DNA of 64,000 nucleotides, from positions 256,001 through 320,000 of the forward strand of contig CAWJPJ010000008.1 in the NCBI GenBank assembly GCA_963844715.1, read 5' to 3'. The notes below the pieces were generated by a model that saw nothing but the letters and a program-made list of their open reading frames with translations, ran no database searches and was not told the origin of the DNA. This DNA is from an uncultured Phycisphaerales bacterium (GTDB taxonomy: Bacteria; Planctomycetota; Phycisphaerae; Tepidisphaerales; Tepidisphaeraceae). The translations under genes and the position numbers were made by a program. The stretch's first letter is position 1; each line of letters begins with the position of its first letter. Positions 1-11,240 of this stretch are shown here, piece after piece.

Positions 1-2376
1 TTGACGGAATCACTCAGCATTCGCGGAAAGCTTGTCGCGGTCTGCATGACGACGACGGGCGTGTCGCTCCTGATCGCGTGCTCGATCATCCTGATGTACG
101 ACTACCGCGAAGTGAAGGCCGAGTTTGCCGAAGACTGGATCGCCAACTCGGTTATCATCAGCGGCAATTCGACGGCGGCGGTCAGCTTCAACGACTCCGA
201 CGCGGCGACCTCGACGCTGAACGTTCTGGCGTCCCAGCCGGAGCTGGAAATGGCGGGGGTTTACACGGCCAAGGGGGATTTGCTGGCCAGCTTCCGCCGC
301 GCGAATTACAACGGGCAGCTTCCGACGAAAGTCGACATTAATGGCCCCCGCTTCGGCCCCGATTCGTTTGAATTCTCACAGCCGATCGTGCTGAACGGCA
401 AAATGATCGGCCGAACATACATCCGCACGGATCTGCAGGAACTGACGCAGCGGATGCACGCCTATCTGATGGTGTTGTTCACCATCCTGGCCTGCACGAT
501 GGGGGCGGCCTACGTGCTTGTTTCCCGGCTGCAGCGGGTCATTTCCGGCCCGATCGTGCATCTGACACAGGTGGTGAAAAAGGTTGCGACCGCGAAGGAT
601 TTCAGCGTCCGGGTCAGTCCGGCGCAGGCGAGCAGCGACGAGATCGGCGTGCTGGTGAAGGGTTTCGACGAGATGTTGACGGAGATCCAACAGCGCGACG
701 TTGAACTGACGCGGCATCGGGCGCATCTGGAGGAGGAAGTCAACGCACGGACGGCCGAGCTTTGGTCGACGTTGGAGGAATTGACGATCGCCAAGCGTCG
801 CGCCGAAGAGGCGAACGCGGCGAAGAGCGCGTTCCTGGCGAACATGAGCCATGAGATTCGCACGCCGATGACGGCGATCGTGGGATATTCCGATAGCATG
901 CTGGACCCGGATCAGACGCTGTCGGACCGGCAAGACGCGCTTCAGATTATCCGGCGAAACAGCCAGCATCTCCTGGAGCTGATCAACGACATTCTGGATA
1001 TTTCCAAGATCGAAGCGGACAAGATGACGGTCGAGCGCATGCCGGCGAATCTGCCGTCGCTGCTGTCGGATATTTTGTCATTGATGCGGCCGCGGGCGCT
1101 GTCCAAGGGGCTGGGATTCGAATTCAAAGTCGACGGCCCGGTGCCGAGTTCGATCAAGACCGACAAACTGCGCTTGCGTCAGATTCTGGTCAATCTGCTT
1201 GGCAACGCGATCAAGTTCACGGAGCGAGGGACGGTTCGTCTGGGGGTGACGTGCGAAGAAAACAACAAGGCTCTGCTGCTCCAGGTCAGCGACAGCGGGA
1301 TCGGGATCGCGCCCGACGCGATGGAACGAATGTTCCGACCGTTCATGCAGGCGGACGAGTCCATGACTCGACGCTTCGGCGGCTCGGGCCTGGGTCTGGC
1401 GATCAGCCAGCGTTTGGCGAAGCTTTTGGGGGGCGGAATCACGGTGGATTCCACGCCGGGCAAGGGAAGCACGTTCACGGTTCGCGTTGAGATCGGCGAC
1501 CTCGCGGGGGTCGAGATGATTCACGAACTGACCGAAGCGGTCCTGCCCAAGCCGCAGTCGCATGCGGTTCCAACCAAGAACTGGAGCCTGAAGGCTCGCC
1601 TGCTTCTCGTCGAGGACGGGCTGGATAATCAACGCCTGATTTCGACGCTGCTTCGCAAGGCGGGGGCGGAAGTCACGATCGCGGAAAACGGGCAGGTCGG
1701 GGTCGATAAGGCCACCGCCGCTCAACAGACCAATCCGTTTGACTTGATCCTGATGGACATGCAGATGCCGGTGCTGGACGGTTATTCCGCCGCCGCGGAA
1801 CTTCGCCGGCGCGGATTCAAGCAGCCGATCATAGCGTTGACGGCGCACGCGATGTCCGAGGACCGGGCCAAATGCCTCAACGCCGGGTGCACCGACTACA
1901 TGACCAAGCCGGTAGAAAAGCAGCTTTTGCTGGGGACGATCGCGCAGCACTTAAAGCAACTCGCCGGCGTGGCTCCCTCGGCGCCTGGCCCGGCGGCCGC
2001 TGCGTCGCCCTCATCCGCATCTCAAGGCAGCGCGATCAAGAGCGAATTTGCGGGGGATCACGAAATGCAGGAGGTTTTGAGCGAATTCGTCGCGGGACTT
2101 CCCGCCCAGGTGAAAAAGCTGGCGGAATATCTCAACGCGCAGAACGTGGACGAACTGCGCCGGGCCGTACATCAAATCAAGGGGGCAGGCGGCGGGTATG
2201 GTTTTCCAACCATGACGCAAACGGCGGCAGCCGCGGAGCAGAGCATCAAAGCGTCGGCCCCGATGGAAACGATCGTGGCCCAGGTGAGGGGATTAATGGA
2301 ATTAATTCGGCACGTTGAGGGTTACAACCCGTCGCAGGAGGGTGGCGCCGTTGCTGCAAAAGATTCTAGTCGTTGA
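1..2376 (+). CDS. Membrane hybrid sensor histidine kinase (periplasmic sensor-HAMP-HisKA-HATPase-REC-HPt)
   Basis: Two TM segments, [18 protein letters not shown]-box, [33 protein letters not shown], HPt VHQIKGAGG. The true start may lie upstream of the window. Confidence 0.93.
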   Translation: MTESLSIRGKLVAVCMTTTGVSLLIACSIILMYDYREVKAEFAEDWIANSVIISGNSTAAVSFNDSDAATSTLNVLASQPELEMAGVYTAKGDLLASFRRANYNGQLPTKVDINGPRFGPDSFEFSQPIVLNGKMIGRTYIRTDLQELTQRMHAYLMVLFTILACTMGAAYVLVSRLQRVISGPIVHLTQVVKKVATAKDFSVRVSPAQASSDEIGVLVKGFDEMLTEIQQRDVELTRHRAHLEEEVNARTAELWSTLEELTIAKRRAEEANAAKSAFLANMSHEIRTPMTAIVGYSDSMLDPDQTLSDRQDALQIIRRNSQHLLELINDILDISKIEADKMTVERMPANLPSLLSDILSLMRPRALSKGLGFEFKVDGPVPSSIKTDKLRLRQILVNLLGNAIKFTERGTVRLGVTCEENNKALLLQVSDSGIGIAPDAMERMFRPFMQADESMTRRFGGSGLGLAISQRLAKLLGGGITVDSTPGKGSTFTVRVEIGDLAGVEMIHELTEAVLPKPQSHAVPTKNWSLKARLLLVEDGLDNQRLISTLLRKAGAEVTIAENGQVGVDKATAAQQTNPFDLILMDMQMPVLDGYSAAAELRRRGFKQPIIALTAHAMSEDRAKCLNAGCTDYMTKPVEKQLLLGTIAQHLKQLAGVAPSAPGPAAAASPSSASQGSAIKSEFAGDHEMQEVLSEFVAGLPAQVKKLAEYLNAQNVDELRRAVHQIKGAGGGYGFPTMTQTAAAAEQSIKASAPMETIVAQVRGLMELIRHVEGYNPSQEGGAVAAKDSSR

Positions 2377-3259
2377 CGATGCCCAGCCGATGCACGCGCT
2401 GCTTCAGGCCCGGCTGAGCGCCGAGCCGGTCGAGCTGCATTTCGCGCTGGAGGGGGAGACCGGCCTGGAGATGGCCGCCAAGCTCAATCCGGATTTGATT
2501 TTGCTGGATATCGACATGCCGCAGCCCGACGGTTTCGAAGTTTGCCGCCGGCTGAAAAGCGATCCGCAAACGGTGGGCATCCCGGTGATCTTTCTCACGG
2601 GCGACACCTCGACGGAGAAGAAGATCAAGGGTCTGGAACTCGGGGCAACGGATTACATCACCAAGCCATTCGATGCCGCAGAGTTGCGGGCCCGCATCCG
2701 GGCAACGCTCCGCGCCAAATATCTGATGGATCTGCTCTCCCAGCGCGCGCTGATGGACGGATTAACCGGCCTGTGGAACCGGGTTTATTTCGAATCGCGG
2801 CTGTCGGGGGAACTGGTGCTGATTCGAAACGCGCACCGGCCGCTGTCGTGCCTGATGGTGGACATGGATCACTTCCGCGATCTGAACACGCAATACGGGC
2901 ATTTCTTCGGCGATCAGATTTTGCGCCGGCTGGCGCGCATATTGACGGAATGCTGCCGCGCCGATGATGTGGTCTGCCGCTACGGCGGCGAAGAGTTCGT
3001 CATTCTTTGCCCGAACGCCACAGCCGAACAAGCCGCCGAATTGGGCGAGCGAATTCGAAAGAAGGTTCAGGAAGAGAAATGGGATCATGATGGGAAGGCG
3101 GTGGAGATCACCTGTAGCGTCGGGGTCTCGGACCTGCGGCGCATTCCTCCGCCGGGAATGGTTGAAATGGCCGACCAGGCGGTGACGCAGGCGAAGAATT
3201 CGGGCCGCAACTGCGTCGTCATTGCCGGGTCGCAAGGCGCCAAGCGGGGAGCCGCTTAG
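2351..3259 (+). CDS. Response regulator diguanylate cyclase (REC-GGDEF)
   Basis: KILVVDD...LLDIDMP REC domain; [14 protein letters not shown]-site before GGEEF; AGGAGG 9 nt before TTG at 2351. Confidence 0.92.
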   Translation: MLQKILVVDDAQPMHALLQARLSAEPVELHFALEGETGLEMAAKLNPDLILLDIDMPQPDGFEVCRRLKSDPQTVGIPVIFLTGDTSTEKKIKGLELGATDYITKPFDAAELRARIRATLRAKYLMDLLSQRALMDGLTGLWNRVYFESRLSGELVLIRNAHRPLSCLMVDMDHFRDLNTQYGHFFGDQILRRLARILTECCRADDVVCRYGGEEFVILCPNATAEQAAELGERIRKKVQEEKWDHDGKAVEITCSVGVSDLRRIPPPGMVEMADQAVTQAKNSGRNCVVIAGSQGAKRGAA

Positions 3260-3277
3260 GGAATTGGCCGACGGACC

Positions 3278-5032
3278 ATGACTGAACCGACCGCCATCCT
3301 CCGACTGCCCGTCCTGGCGGCGACCACCGACGCCGAGGGCGTTCGCCAATTGCTTTCAGCAAGCGAAACCGAAATATTTGATATTCAATTTGTCCGGTCC
3401 CTGTCCGAGGCGGGGGAGGTTCTGAAATCCGATCGCAAGTCCCTGGTTCTTTGGGTGGATGCGGAGACGATCGACTCGCCGGAATTATTGGCTGCCATCG
3501 AGATCCCGATTGTGTTGTACGGGTCCGACGCGCACGCCCGCGGGAAGCAACTTCGGCAAGAGCAATCGCCGCGGCGTTATATCTGGACGCTGGCCCAACC
3601 CGCCGACCCGGCGCAGGCGCGGCAGCTTGCGTTGTCTCTTTGCCAGCAGCAGCTTCTCCGCAACAGCACTCTTCACGATTCGCTGACCGGGCTGGCGAGC
3701 CGGGCCTTGCTGATCGATCGCGCCACGGCGAGCGTACTGCGCGCCAAGCGCAATCCGGACAATTTATTCGCGATGCTCTTTCTGGATCTGGAGCGTTTCA
3801 AGCTTATCAATGACAGCCTGGGGCACGATATCGCGGATCAACTGCTGGTGGAGATTTCCAAGCGCATTCTCACCGTGGTGCGCAGTCTCGATACGGTTGC
3901 GCGCGTGGAAGCGGATCAATTGGCTCGGCTGGGCGGCGACGAATTTGTGCTGCTGCTCGATCCGATCAATCGTCCTGAAGACGCCGGGCGCGTCGCGGAG
4001 CGATTGCTGCGGGCGATTGCCGAGCCATTTCGGATTGGCGAACTGGCGGTGATCGCCTCGCTGCGGATCGGGATTGCATTCGGCAATTCGGCGACGACGC
4101 GCGCGAGACGGTTCTTCGCGACGCCGAGGCGGCCTTGCATCATGCCAAGCGCGACCACAAGCAGCGTTACCGGATTTACAATCCGGATATGCATGCCGCC
4201 GCCGTGAAGCGATTGAGCATGGAAGTGGATCTTCGGCAGGCGATCGAGCGGGATCAGCTTTGCCTGCACTATCAGCCGATCCATTCGCTGGCGACGGGGA
4301 AAATCGCGGAATTCGAGGCGTTGGTTCGCTGGGATCATCCGGAGCGCGGGCGGATTCCGCCGCTGGATTTCATTCCGCTTGCGGAGGAAACGGGCCTGAT
4401 CGTTCCGCTGGGTCTGTGGGTTCTGCGCGGCGTGCAAGCAGATGATGCGTTTTGCGCCGCAGGCGGCGGGGATGGATCGCGTGGGCATCGGCGTCAACGT
4501 TTCGGGCCGGCAATTTGCCCGTCCGGAATTCATCGAAGACATCCGCAACGTGCTGCGCGACAGCGGGCTCCCGCCCGGACGGCTGTGCCTGGAAATCACC
4601 GAAAGCGCCATCATGGAAAACGGCGCCCCGATGCTCGAGGCGCTGCAGGCGATCAGCAGCCTGGGGGTCCGGCTTCATCTGGATGATTTTGGAACCGGGT
4701 ATTCCTCGATGGGGTATCTCAACCAAATGCCCATCGACGTGCTGAAGATCGACCGGTCATTTGTTACTAAGATCAGCGGGAGTACGACAGGACGTCCGAT
4801 TGTTCAGGCGATTATCGCGTTGGCCAGGTCGCTGCATATGGAGGTGATCGCCGAAGGCGTGGATAGCGAGCCGATCATGTCCATCCTGACGGGCATGGGG
4901 TGCGATTGCGTGCAGGGTTATTATCTCTCCCCGCCTCTTCCGCCGGATAAAACCCTCGAATACTGGCGCAGATTCATGAACTCCCTCCAGCTTCCGATGA
5001 GCAACAAAGTCTACATCAGCGAAGCGTCGTAA
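3278..5032 (+). CDS. GGDEF-EAL diguanylate cyclase/phosphodiesterase (split by two frameshifts)
   Basis: HDSLTGL and ARLGGDEF in 3278..4207; YQPI..FEALVRW in 4135..4686; LEITES, DDFGTGYSS, IAEGVD in 4442..5032. Confidence 0.9.
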
Positions 5033-5183
5033 CAATCCCCGATCGCGGTTATCGGACAAGGTGATTTCTGCTGCGGATTACTTCGTGAGCCCGCGAATAA
5101 TGGCGGTGCGTTTCCCAGTCGATCTTGAAATAAAGCGTTGCTGTTTCCGGGTTAGTCAGCCCGTGGGCATGCGGGAGAAATCC

Positions 5184-6322
5184 ATGCGAGTCGAACAGAT
5201 TGTGTGGACGCGCGACGGTGCGTCAGCCGCTGAACGGGCGGTAAATCTGGCTCAATCCGCGCAACTGGTATTCGCGTTCGGTAAAACGGATTGCGTAAGA
5301 GATTCGGCGCACTTTTTGTCAATTCGCAAGGCCTATCCCAACGCGAAAATTATCGGGTGCTCGACGGCGGGGGAAATCCACGAGCATGAAGTGCTCAGCG
5401 ACGCGATGGTGGTGACCGCCTGCTGCTTCGAGCGAACTCCGCTACGGCAGGTAACCGTGGAACTCTCGCAATGCGCTGACAGCTACGACGCCGGACGGCG
5501 TCTGTGCGCGCTTCTCCCGCGCGGAACTGGCGCACGTTTTCGTTATCTCCGAAGGGGTGAAGATCAACGGGAGCGATTTGGTGCGCAGGATTAACCAAGT
5601 ATTTGCCGCCGGGGGTTTCGGTGACCGGCGGGCTGGCGGGGGACGGGGGGCGGTTCGAGGAAACGCTCATCTATGCCGATGCACCGGCGAGGTCGGGAAT
5701 CATCACGGCCGTCGGATTTTACGGGCGATACATCAGAGTCGGTTACGGCTCGCAGGGAGGATGGGATCCGTTTGGTCCAGTGCGCCGAATCACCAAATCC
5801 AAGGGGAACGTTCTGCTCGAGCTGGACTCGCAGTCCGCGCTGTCGCTTTACAAGCGATACCTCGGCGAGCATGCGGCGAATCTTCCGGCGAGCGGCCTGC
5901 TTTTTCCATTGCATCTTCAGGGAGACGAAAATTCGACGCCGGTGGTGCGTACGCTTCTGGCGGTTGAGGAACGGGGACAGAGCATGACTTTCGCGGGGGA
6001 CGTGGCGCAAGGGTCGTTCGTGCAGTTCATGCACGCCAATTGCGACGGTTTGACCGGCGGCGCCCGCGGGGCGGCGGAGGCGGCGTGCCATGGGCCTGCC
6101 GAGGGGAAAGTGCAGTTGGCGCTGCTGATCAGTTGTGTCGGGAGGAAATTGGTTCTTAAGGATCGCGTGGCCGAGGAGGTCGACGCGGTGCGGCAAATTC
6201 TCGGTCCGCAAGTGGCGACGGCGGGTTTTTATTCCTACGGAGAAATTTGTCCCTTTACGCATTCCGGGAAATGCGAATTGCACAACCAGACGATGACGGT
6301 CACGACTTTAGGGGAGGAATGA
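5184..6322 (+). CDS. FIST-domain (NosP-like) sensor protein (frameshifted near 5520-5600)
   Basis: IGCSTAGEI, TGGLAGD, GWDPFGP, SCVGRK, GFYSYGEI, ELHNQTMT are FIST N/C motifs. Confidence 0.9.
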
Positions 6323-6349
6323 GCCGGCGAAGCGCGCCGGGCTGATTAA

Positions 6350-8091
6350 ATGTCCATGCATCGATTGCTAGAAAGACAAATTCGCCGACATCTGGAACCG
6401 GGGGCGCCGATTCCGGCGGCCTTGCAGGCGCTGCTCGACGCGGTGAACGCGGCGTACGAGCAATCGGACGCGGATCGCGCGCTTCTGGAGCGATCGCTCG
6501 AACTCAATAGCAAGGAACTGCTGGAGCGCAACCGGCAGTTGCTGAACGCATCGCTGGCCAAGAGCGCGTTTCTGGCCAATATGAGCCACGAAATCCGCAC
6601 TCCGATGACGGCCATCATCGGGTATGCCGATATGGTTCTCGACTCCGAGCAAACCGAGGCGGAACGGCGCGATTCGCTGCGCGTCATTCAGCGCAACGCC
6701 AAGCATCTGGCGGCGCTCATCGATGACATTCTGGATATCTCGAAGATCGAAGCCGACCGGATGACGGTTGAGAAGATTCCGTGCAATCTGTCGCAAATCG
6801 TCCACGACGTGGTTTCGACGATGCGGTTCCGGGCGGGGGAAAAGAATCTGAATTTCCATTGCGTCAGTTCCGGGCCGATTCCGAAATTGGTGGTGACCGA
6901 TCCGGTTCGACTCAAGCAAATTCTGGTTAATGTGCTCGGCAACGCGATTAAATTCACGCAGCAGGGGGATATCACGCTTCAGGTGTCTTGTTTGCCGCGT
7001 GCGGATGGGAGCACGATTCGGTGTGAAGTTCGCGATTCGGGGATCGGCATGACGACGGAGCAAATTGCGCGGCTGTTTCAGCCGTTTACGCAGGCGGATG
7101 GGTCGATGACGCGCCGGTTTGGCGGCACGGGGCTGGGGCTGGCGATCAGCAAACGGCTGGCGCATCTTCTTGGCGGGGATATTTTTGCCGAATCCAAGCC
7201 GGGCGTGGGGAGCACGTTCACGATTCAGATCGAGGGCGGTTCGCTCGAGAGCGCGGAAATGATGCCGGCAATCGAGGAGGAATCAAAGGCGGACGAAACG
7301 GCGCGGCAGCCGGCGAAAATGGAACTCCGGTTGAACGGGCGAGTGCTTCTGGCCGAGGACGGAATCGACAATCAGCGGCTTGTCGCGGCGTATCTGCGAC
7401 GGGCGGGGGCGGATTTTGTCGCGGTTGAGAATGGCCAGCTTGCGCTGGAACGGCGCAGCAGGAGCCGTTCGACGTCATTCTGATGGACATGCAGATGCCG
7501 GTGATGGACGGGTATACGGCGACGTCGGAACTGCGGCGATTGGGTTATCAGCGGCCGATCGTGGCGCTGACGGCGCACGCGATGGCGGAGGATCGGGCGA
7601 AGTGCCTGGACGCGGGGTGCAGCGAATATCTGACCAAGCCGATCGATCGGCAGGTGCTGATCACGACGCTGGCGGGGTATATGCCGCACTCGTTGGTTGA
7701 GCCGCAACATGCGGCGGCGGCGCCGGCGGGATCGGCCAATGGCGATCAATCGCCGCCAGCGCCGGAGGAGTATATGAAGCGGTTGACGGAGGGGTTCGTT
7801 GCAGCGCTGCCGCAGCGGGTTGCGCATCTGATGTATCTGCTGGATCAGCGGAATTTGGAAGAGCTTCGGCGGGCGGTGCATCGGCTGAAGGGGTCGGGGG
7901 GTGGGTATGGGTTTCCGGTGGTCTCGGAACGGGCATCGGCGGCGGAGGAGATGCTTACGAGCGAGCAGCCTATTGAGAAGATCGCGGAGCAGGTGCAGTC
8001 GCTGATTTCTTTGATTCGGAGTATTCAGGGGTATAGTCCGGAGAGGGAGGTTCTCGGCGAGTCTGCGGCGATTGGGGCGGGGAAGAGTTAG
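6350..8091 (+). CDS. Cytoplasmic hybrid histidine kinase (HisKA-HATPase-REC-HPt), frameshift near 7455
   Basis: [32 protein letters not shown] continues in 7483..8091 (MDMQMP); HPt VHRLKGSGG. Confidence 0.9.
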
Positions 8092-8107
8092 GGGCGGGCG
8101 CGGCGGT

Positions 8108-8186
8108 CAATGACGAATGACTAATGTCGCCACGGCGACCCGCGGTGGTGGGATAAATGACGAATCAATGATTGAATGATCAATGT
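8108..8186. repeat. AATGACG/AATGAT heptamer-type tandem repeats enclosing a GTCGCCACGGCGAC palindrome
   Basis: caatgacgaatgactaatgtcgccacggcgacc...aaatgacgaatcaatgattgaatgatcaatg. Confidence 0.75.
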
Positions 8187-8295
8187 CGGCGGGGGCGGTT
8201 TCGGCCAAAAGGTAACACTTTGGTTGTGATTGGGCGGTTAGGGGAGAGCGGGGATTGAGGGGATGTATAGTTTATATTTAACAGACTTTGGAATA

Positions 8296-8405
8296 GTTGC
8301 TGGTTGGTAGTTGCCAGTTGTCAGTGGGGGAAATCCGAAACCAGAAATCAGAATGACGAATCTGTCCGCAGGCGAGTCGCCATGGCAGAAGCCGGAATGA
8401 CTGAG
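8296..8405. repeat. AGTTGCC and CCGAAAC/CAGAAT heptamer repeats
   Basis: agttgctggttggtagttgccagttgtcag; gaaatccgaaaccagaaatcagaatgacgaat; the same units recur elsewhere in the window. Confidence 0.7.
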
Positions 8406-8605
8406 TGATGAACGGTAGAGGCGCGAAGGCACGGAGGGCGGGGGCGAAGGCTGGGGGCGTTTCGGTTTTGATTATTCTTCCGCCGGCGATGCGGCGGGCT
8501 CAAACCGTCCTTTGCGGCCCGGCTTGTCGGACCGTGATTTCGATACGAAACTTGCGTGGTTGTAAAATCGCGCATTCATCCTGTCGCACTACAATAGGGC
8601 CCTCT

Positions 8606-9100
8606 ATGAATGAACAACTTTGGTCGGTGGTCATTGGCGGTGCAATAGGAATTGCAGGGAGTGTTGGCAGTCTGGGTTTCAACAATTGGCTGACAGACCG
8701 TAGTCGGCGTCGAAGCATCGCCAAAGCCTTTCAGGGTGAAATTGGAGCAATCCTCGATATCGTGCGACGTCGGCAATATCTGCGCGATCTGGATTGGCTA
8801 ATCTCTGAGTCCGGAAATCAAAATATGCCGATCAAGTTTTCAGTTCTCATCGCTCAAAGCTATTTTCGGGTCTATGAAACGAATACGAAGCATCTTGGCT
8901 TACTACGCGGCGATCTCCCGCGCCAGATTGCTCGTTTCTACACGTACGCAAAATCTCTTATTGAAGACGTTGGAATCACCGACTCTACCCAGCCAGCACA
9001 CGTTTCATCTTTGGAGCGGCTAACTGAAACGCGAGATATTCTTCGAGAACTTCTCGAAATTGGTGAACGACTGGCAACTCAATTGAATTCGTCGCGATGA
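8606..9100 (+). CDS. Hypothetical protein with N-terminal TM helix, lower GC than flanks
   Basis: MNEQLWSVVIGGAIGIAGSVG...; open 164-codon frame; TACAAT upstream. Confidence 0.7.
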   Translation: MNEQLWSVVIGGAIGIAGSVGSLGFNNWLTDRSRRRSIAKAFQGEIGAILDIVRRRQYLRDLDWLISESGNQNMPIKFSVLIAQSYFRVYETNTKHLGLLRGDLPRQIARFYTYAKSLIEDVGITDSTQPAHVSSLERLTETRDILRELLEIGERLATQLNSSR

Positions 9101-9235
9101 CCAGTGTAGGAACAGACGCCATGATTCCAAAGCGGATTGGCGGTTATGCAGGGCGGACCCTTCGAGTTGCCTCAGGGCAGGCACGCTTCGCGAGAGCCGT
9201 CGAGCAGATGATCGGTTAAGCAGGAGGGGAGACGG

Positions 9236-9273
9236 CCCCTCACCCTTCCCTCTCCCCGAGTACAGGGCGAGGG
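9236..9273. repeat. CCCCTCACCC...GAGTAC...GGGCGAGGG palindromic repeat (family also at ~14359, 15211, 22076, 24688, 30915, 30986, 45500, 46304, 63050)
   Basis: cccctcacccttccctctccccgagtacagggcgaggg; hairpin-forming. Confidence 0.8.
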
Positions 9274-9482
9274 TACAAATGCGAAAATGCCGCTCATCGT
9301 CCGGCGGAAACTAGCGGGGGCACGGGGAGAGGTGATTAGTCGCCATTCTGTTGTTACGCTTTTGGGGAGGTTTCTAGGTTTGCGTCCTTAGCGGTGTGCT
9401 CCCACGGCAGCGCCGTGGGCGTTCGGGGGACCTTCGCTGGAAAGGGCGTGGTATATGTTGTCAATCCGGTAGTGCGAGCACG

Positions 9483-9632
9483 TCTAGAAACTAGAAGCTA
9501 GAAGCTGGCGGTGTCGCATAGCACGTCAATGGTTCTAGAGGCTAGAAGCTAGGTGCTAGAACCTAGGAGCTAGAGACTAGAGGCTAGAACGGGACCGATT
9601 AGTCGCACTAAGCTAGAAGCTGGAAGCTAGAG
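9483..9632. repeat. CTAG-based heptamer tandem array
   Basis: ctagagg ctagaag ctaggtg ctagaac ctaggag ctagaga ctagagg ctagaac at 9535-9590, plus flanking ctagaaa/ctagaag units. Confidence 0.85.
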
Positions 9633-9640
9633 CCTGAAGA

Positions 9641-10936
9641 TCAGTCACATAAAACGTCTATGCAGAGGATATACATTTTGTTGTTTCGGGAATCTCTGAA
9701 GAACGTGCTGATGGTGCGGCAGAGATTTCCTGTGGCCAGGGAGACGTAGGGGTCGGTGGTGTATTTTTGTAGCTCTACGTCCAGGAGCACGTAGTAGTAT
9801 TCTTTCAGGGAGTGATCGGCGCCGGGGGGGGCGGGGCGGAACATGACGCCTTTGGTTCTCGGGGGGAGGCGGGGGTTGCAGACTGTGGTGCTGATTTGGG
9901 CGCCGGATTCGTCGAGGACGTAGACGCATTCGACATTGGGGTAGCCGGCGATGATGTAGCCTAGGACTACGTCGAATTCCTCGAAATTGCAGCGGGTGAG
10001 CTCGCAGAGGATTTCGTTGAGGATGATGTTGAATCGGCGGTGCTGGAGCTTGCGCTGATTGATGCGGTCGATCATGTAGGATTTGTAGCGGCGGCCTAGG
10101 GCGATGACGCGACTGCCGGCGTCGGAGCAGGAGAGGGTGGAGGAGGGGGAGGGGCGGCCTAGGAAAAAGCCCTGGAGCAGGTCGGCGCCGAGTTCGAGGG
10201 CGGAGATGGCCTGGCGTTCGGTTTCTACGCCTTCGGCGACGACTAGGGCGCCGATGCGGCGCGAAAGTTGGACCAAGGCTTTGAAAGTTTCCTGGCGGTG
10301 ATAATCGTTTTCGATATCGACGACTAGATTTCGGTCGGCTTTTAACACGTCGGGTTTGATGAGGGGGATTCGGTCCAGGTTGGAATAGCCTACGCCGACG
10401 TCGTCTAGGACGAGCAGGAATCCCTCAGCGCGGAATGATTCGAGCAGAATTCGCAGTTGCTCGGCGTCATCGAAGGCGCTTTCGAGGATTTCTATTGCGA
10501 TATTGCGCGGGCTGAGATTGAGGGCGCTGATTTCCCTCAGCAAGTCGCCGATGCTGTCGACTTCTCGGGCCAGGACGGAGGCGGTTACGTTTAGGAAAAG
10601 GATCAGGTCCTCGGGGCGATTTAAGTTTGCGAAGGTGCGCAGGGCGGTGGAACGGCAGGCGAGTTCCAAATCCTGGGTGAGGCCTTCGGCTTCGGCCATT
10701 TGAAAAAGCTGGATGGGAGGGATGAGGTCGCCGGATTCGGTTCTGCCGGCGTAGTTGCCTCGGGAGAGGGCTTCGAGGCCGATAATTCCGCGCGAGAGGG
10801 CTTCGACGCCGACGACGGAGCGTTGCCGGGCGGAGAGGATGGGCTGGAAGAAGGTGACGACGCCCTGAAAATCGAGAATTTGCCTGACGGTCGCTGGGCA
10901 AACGGCGCCCTGCGGCAATGGCGCGGCAATGGACAT
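9641..10936 (-). CDS. EAL-domain c-di-GMP phosphodiesterase with C-terminal YkuI-like sensor domain
   Basis: FFQPI, EAL, LFLN, EILE, DDVGVGYSNL, VAEGVE, QGFF; C-terminal DHSLKEYYY..TDPYVSLATGNLCRT. Confidence 0.88.
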   Translation of the reverse strand: MSIAAPLPQGAVCPATVRQILDFQGVVTFFQPILSARQRSVVGVEALSRGIIGLEALSRGNYAGRTESGDLIPPIQLFQMAEAEGLTQDLELACRSTALRTFANLNRPEDLILFLNVTASVLAREVDSIGDLLREISALNLSPRNIAIEILESAFDDAEQLRILLESFRAEGFLLVLDDVGVGYSNLDRIPLIKPDVLKADRNLVVDIENDYHRQETFKALVQLSRRIGALVVAEGVETERQAISALELGADLLQGFFLGRPSPSSTLSCSDAGSRVIALGRRYKSYMIDRINQRKLQHRRFNIILNEILCELTRCNFEEFDVVLGYIIAGYPNVECVYVLDESGAQISTTVCNPRLPPRTKGVMFRPAPPGADHSLKEYYYVLLDVELQKYTTDPYVSLATGNLCRTISTFFRDSRNNKMYILCIDVLCD

Positions 10937-11164
10937 GGTGGCAACTCGAAGAAAAGACCAGCGATCCCCCGCGGCGCAACATCCGCCGACGAATTGCGGG
11001 ATTCAGGATGAAGCCGGGGCGGAATGAGCAGGACCCCGATCAATCCGATTGGTTCATTTAGTGTATCGGAATAATCAAATGGATAAATCAATTGGGATCG
11101 CGCTAAACCACAAATGGGGTGCTGGGTTTTGGGGCAGGGATTTGATATGGGGCATCCGCGGAGT

Positions 11165-11224
11165 GAAACCCGAAGCCCGAAACCAGAAATCCGAATCAAT
11201 GACCGAAACCAGAATGACGAATGT
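11165..11224. repeat. CCGAAAC/CAGAAT/GAATGAC heptamer repeat element
   Basis: gaaacccgaagcccgaaaccagaaatccgaatcaatgaccgaaaccagaatgacgaatg. Confidence 0.8.
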
Positions 11225-11240
11225 CGCGGTGGGAAACGGT

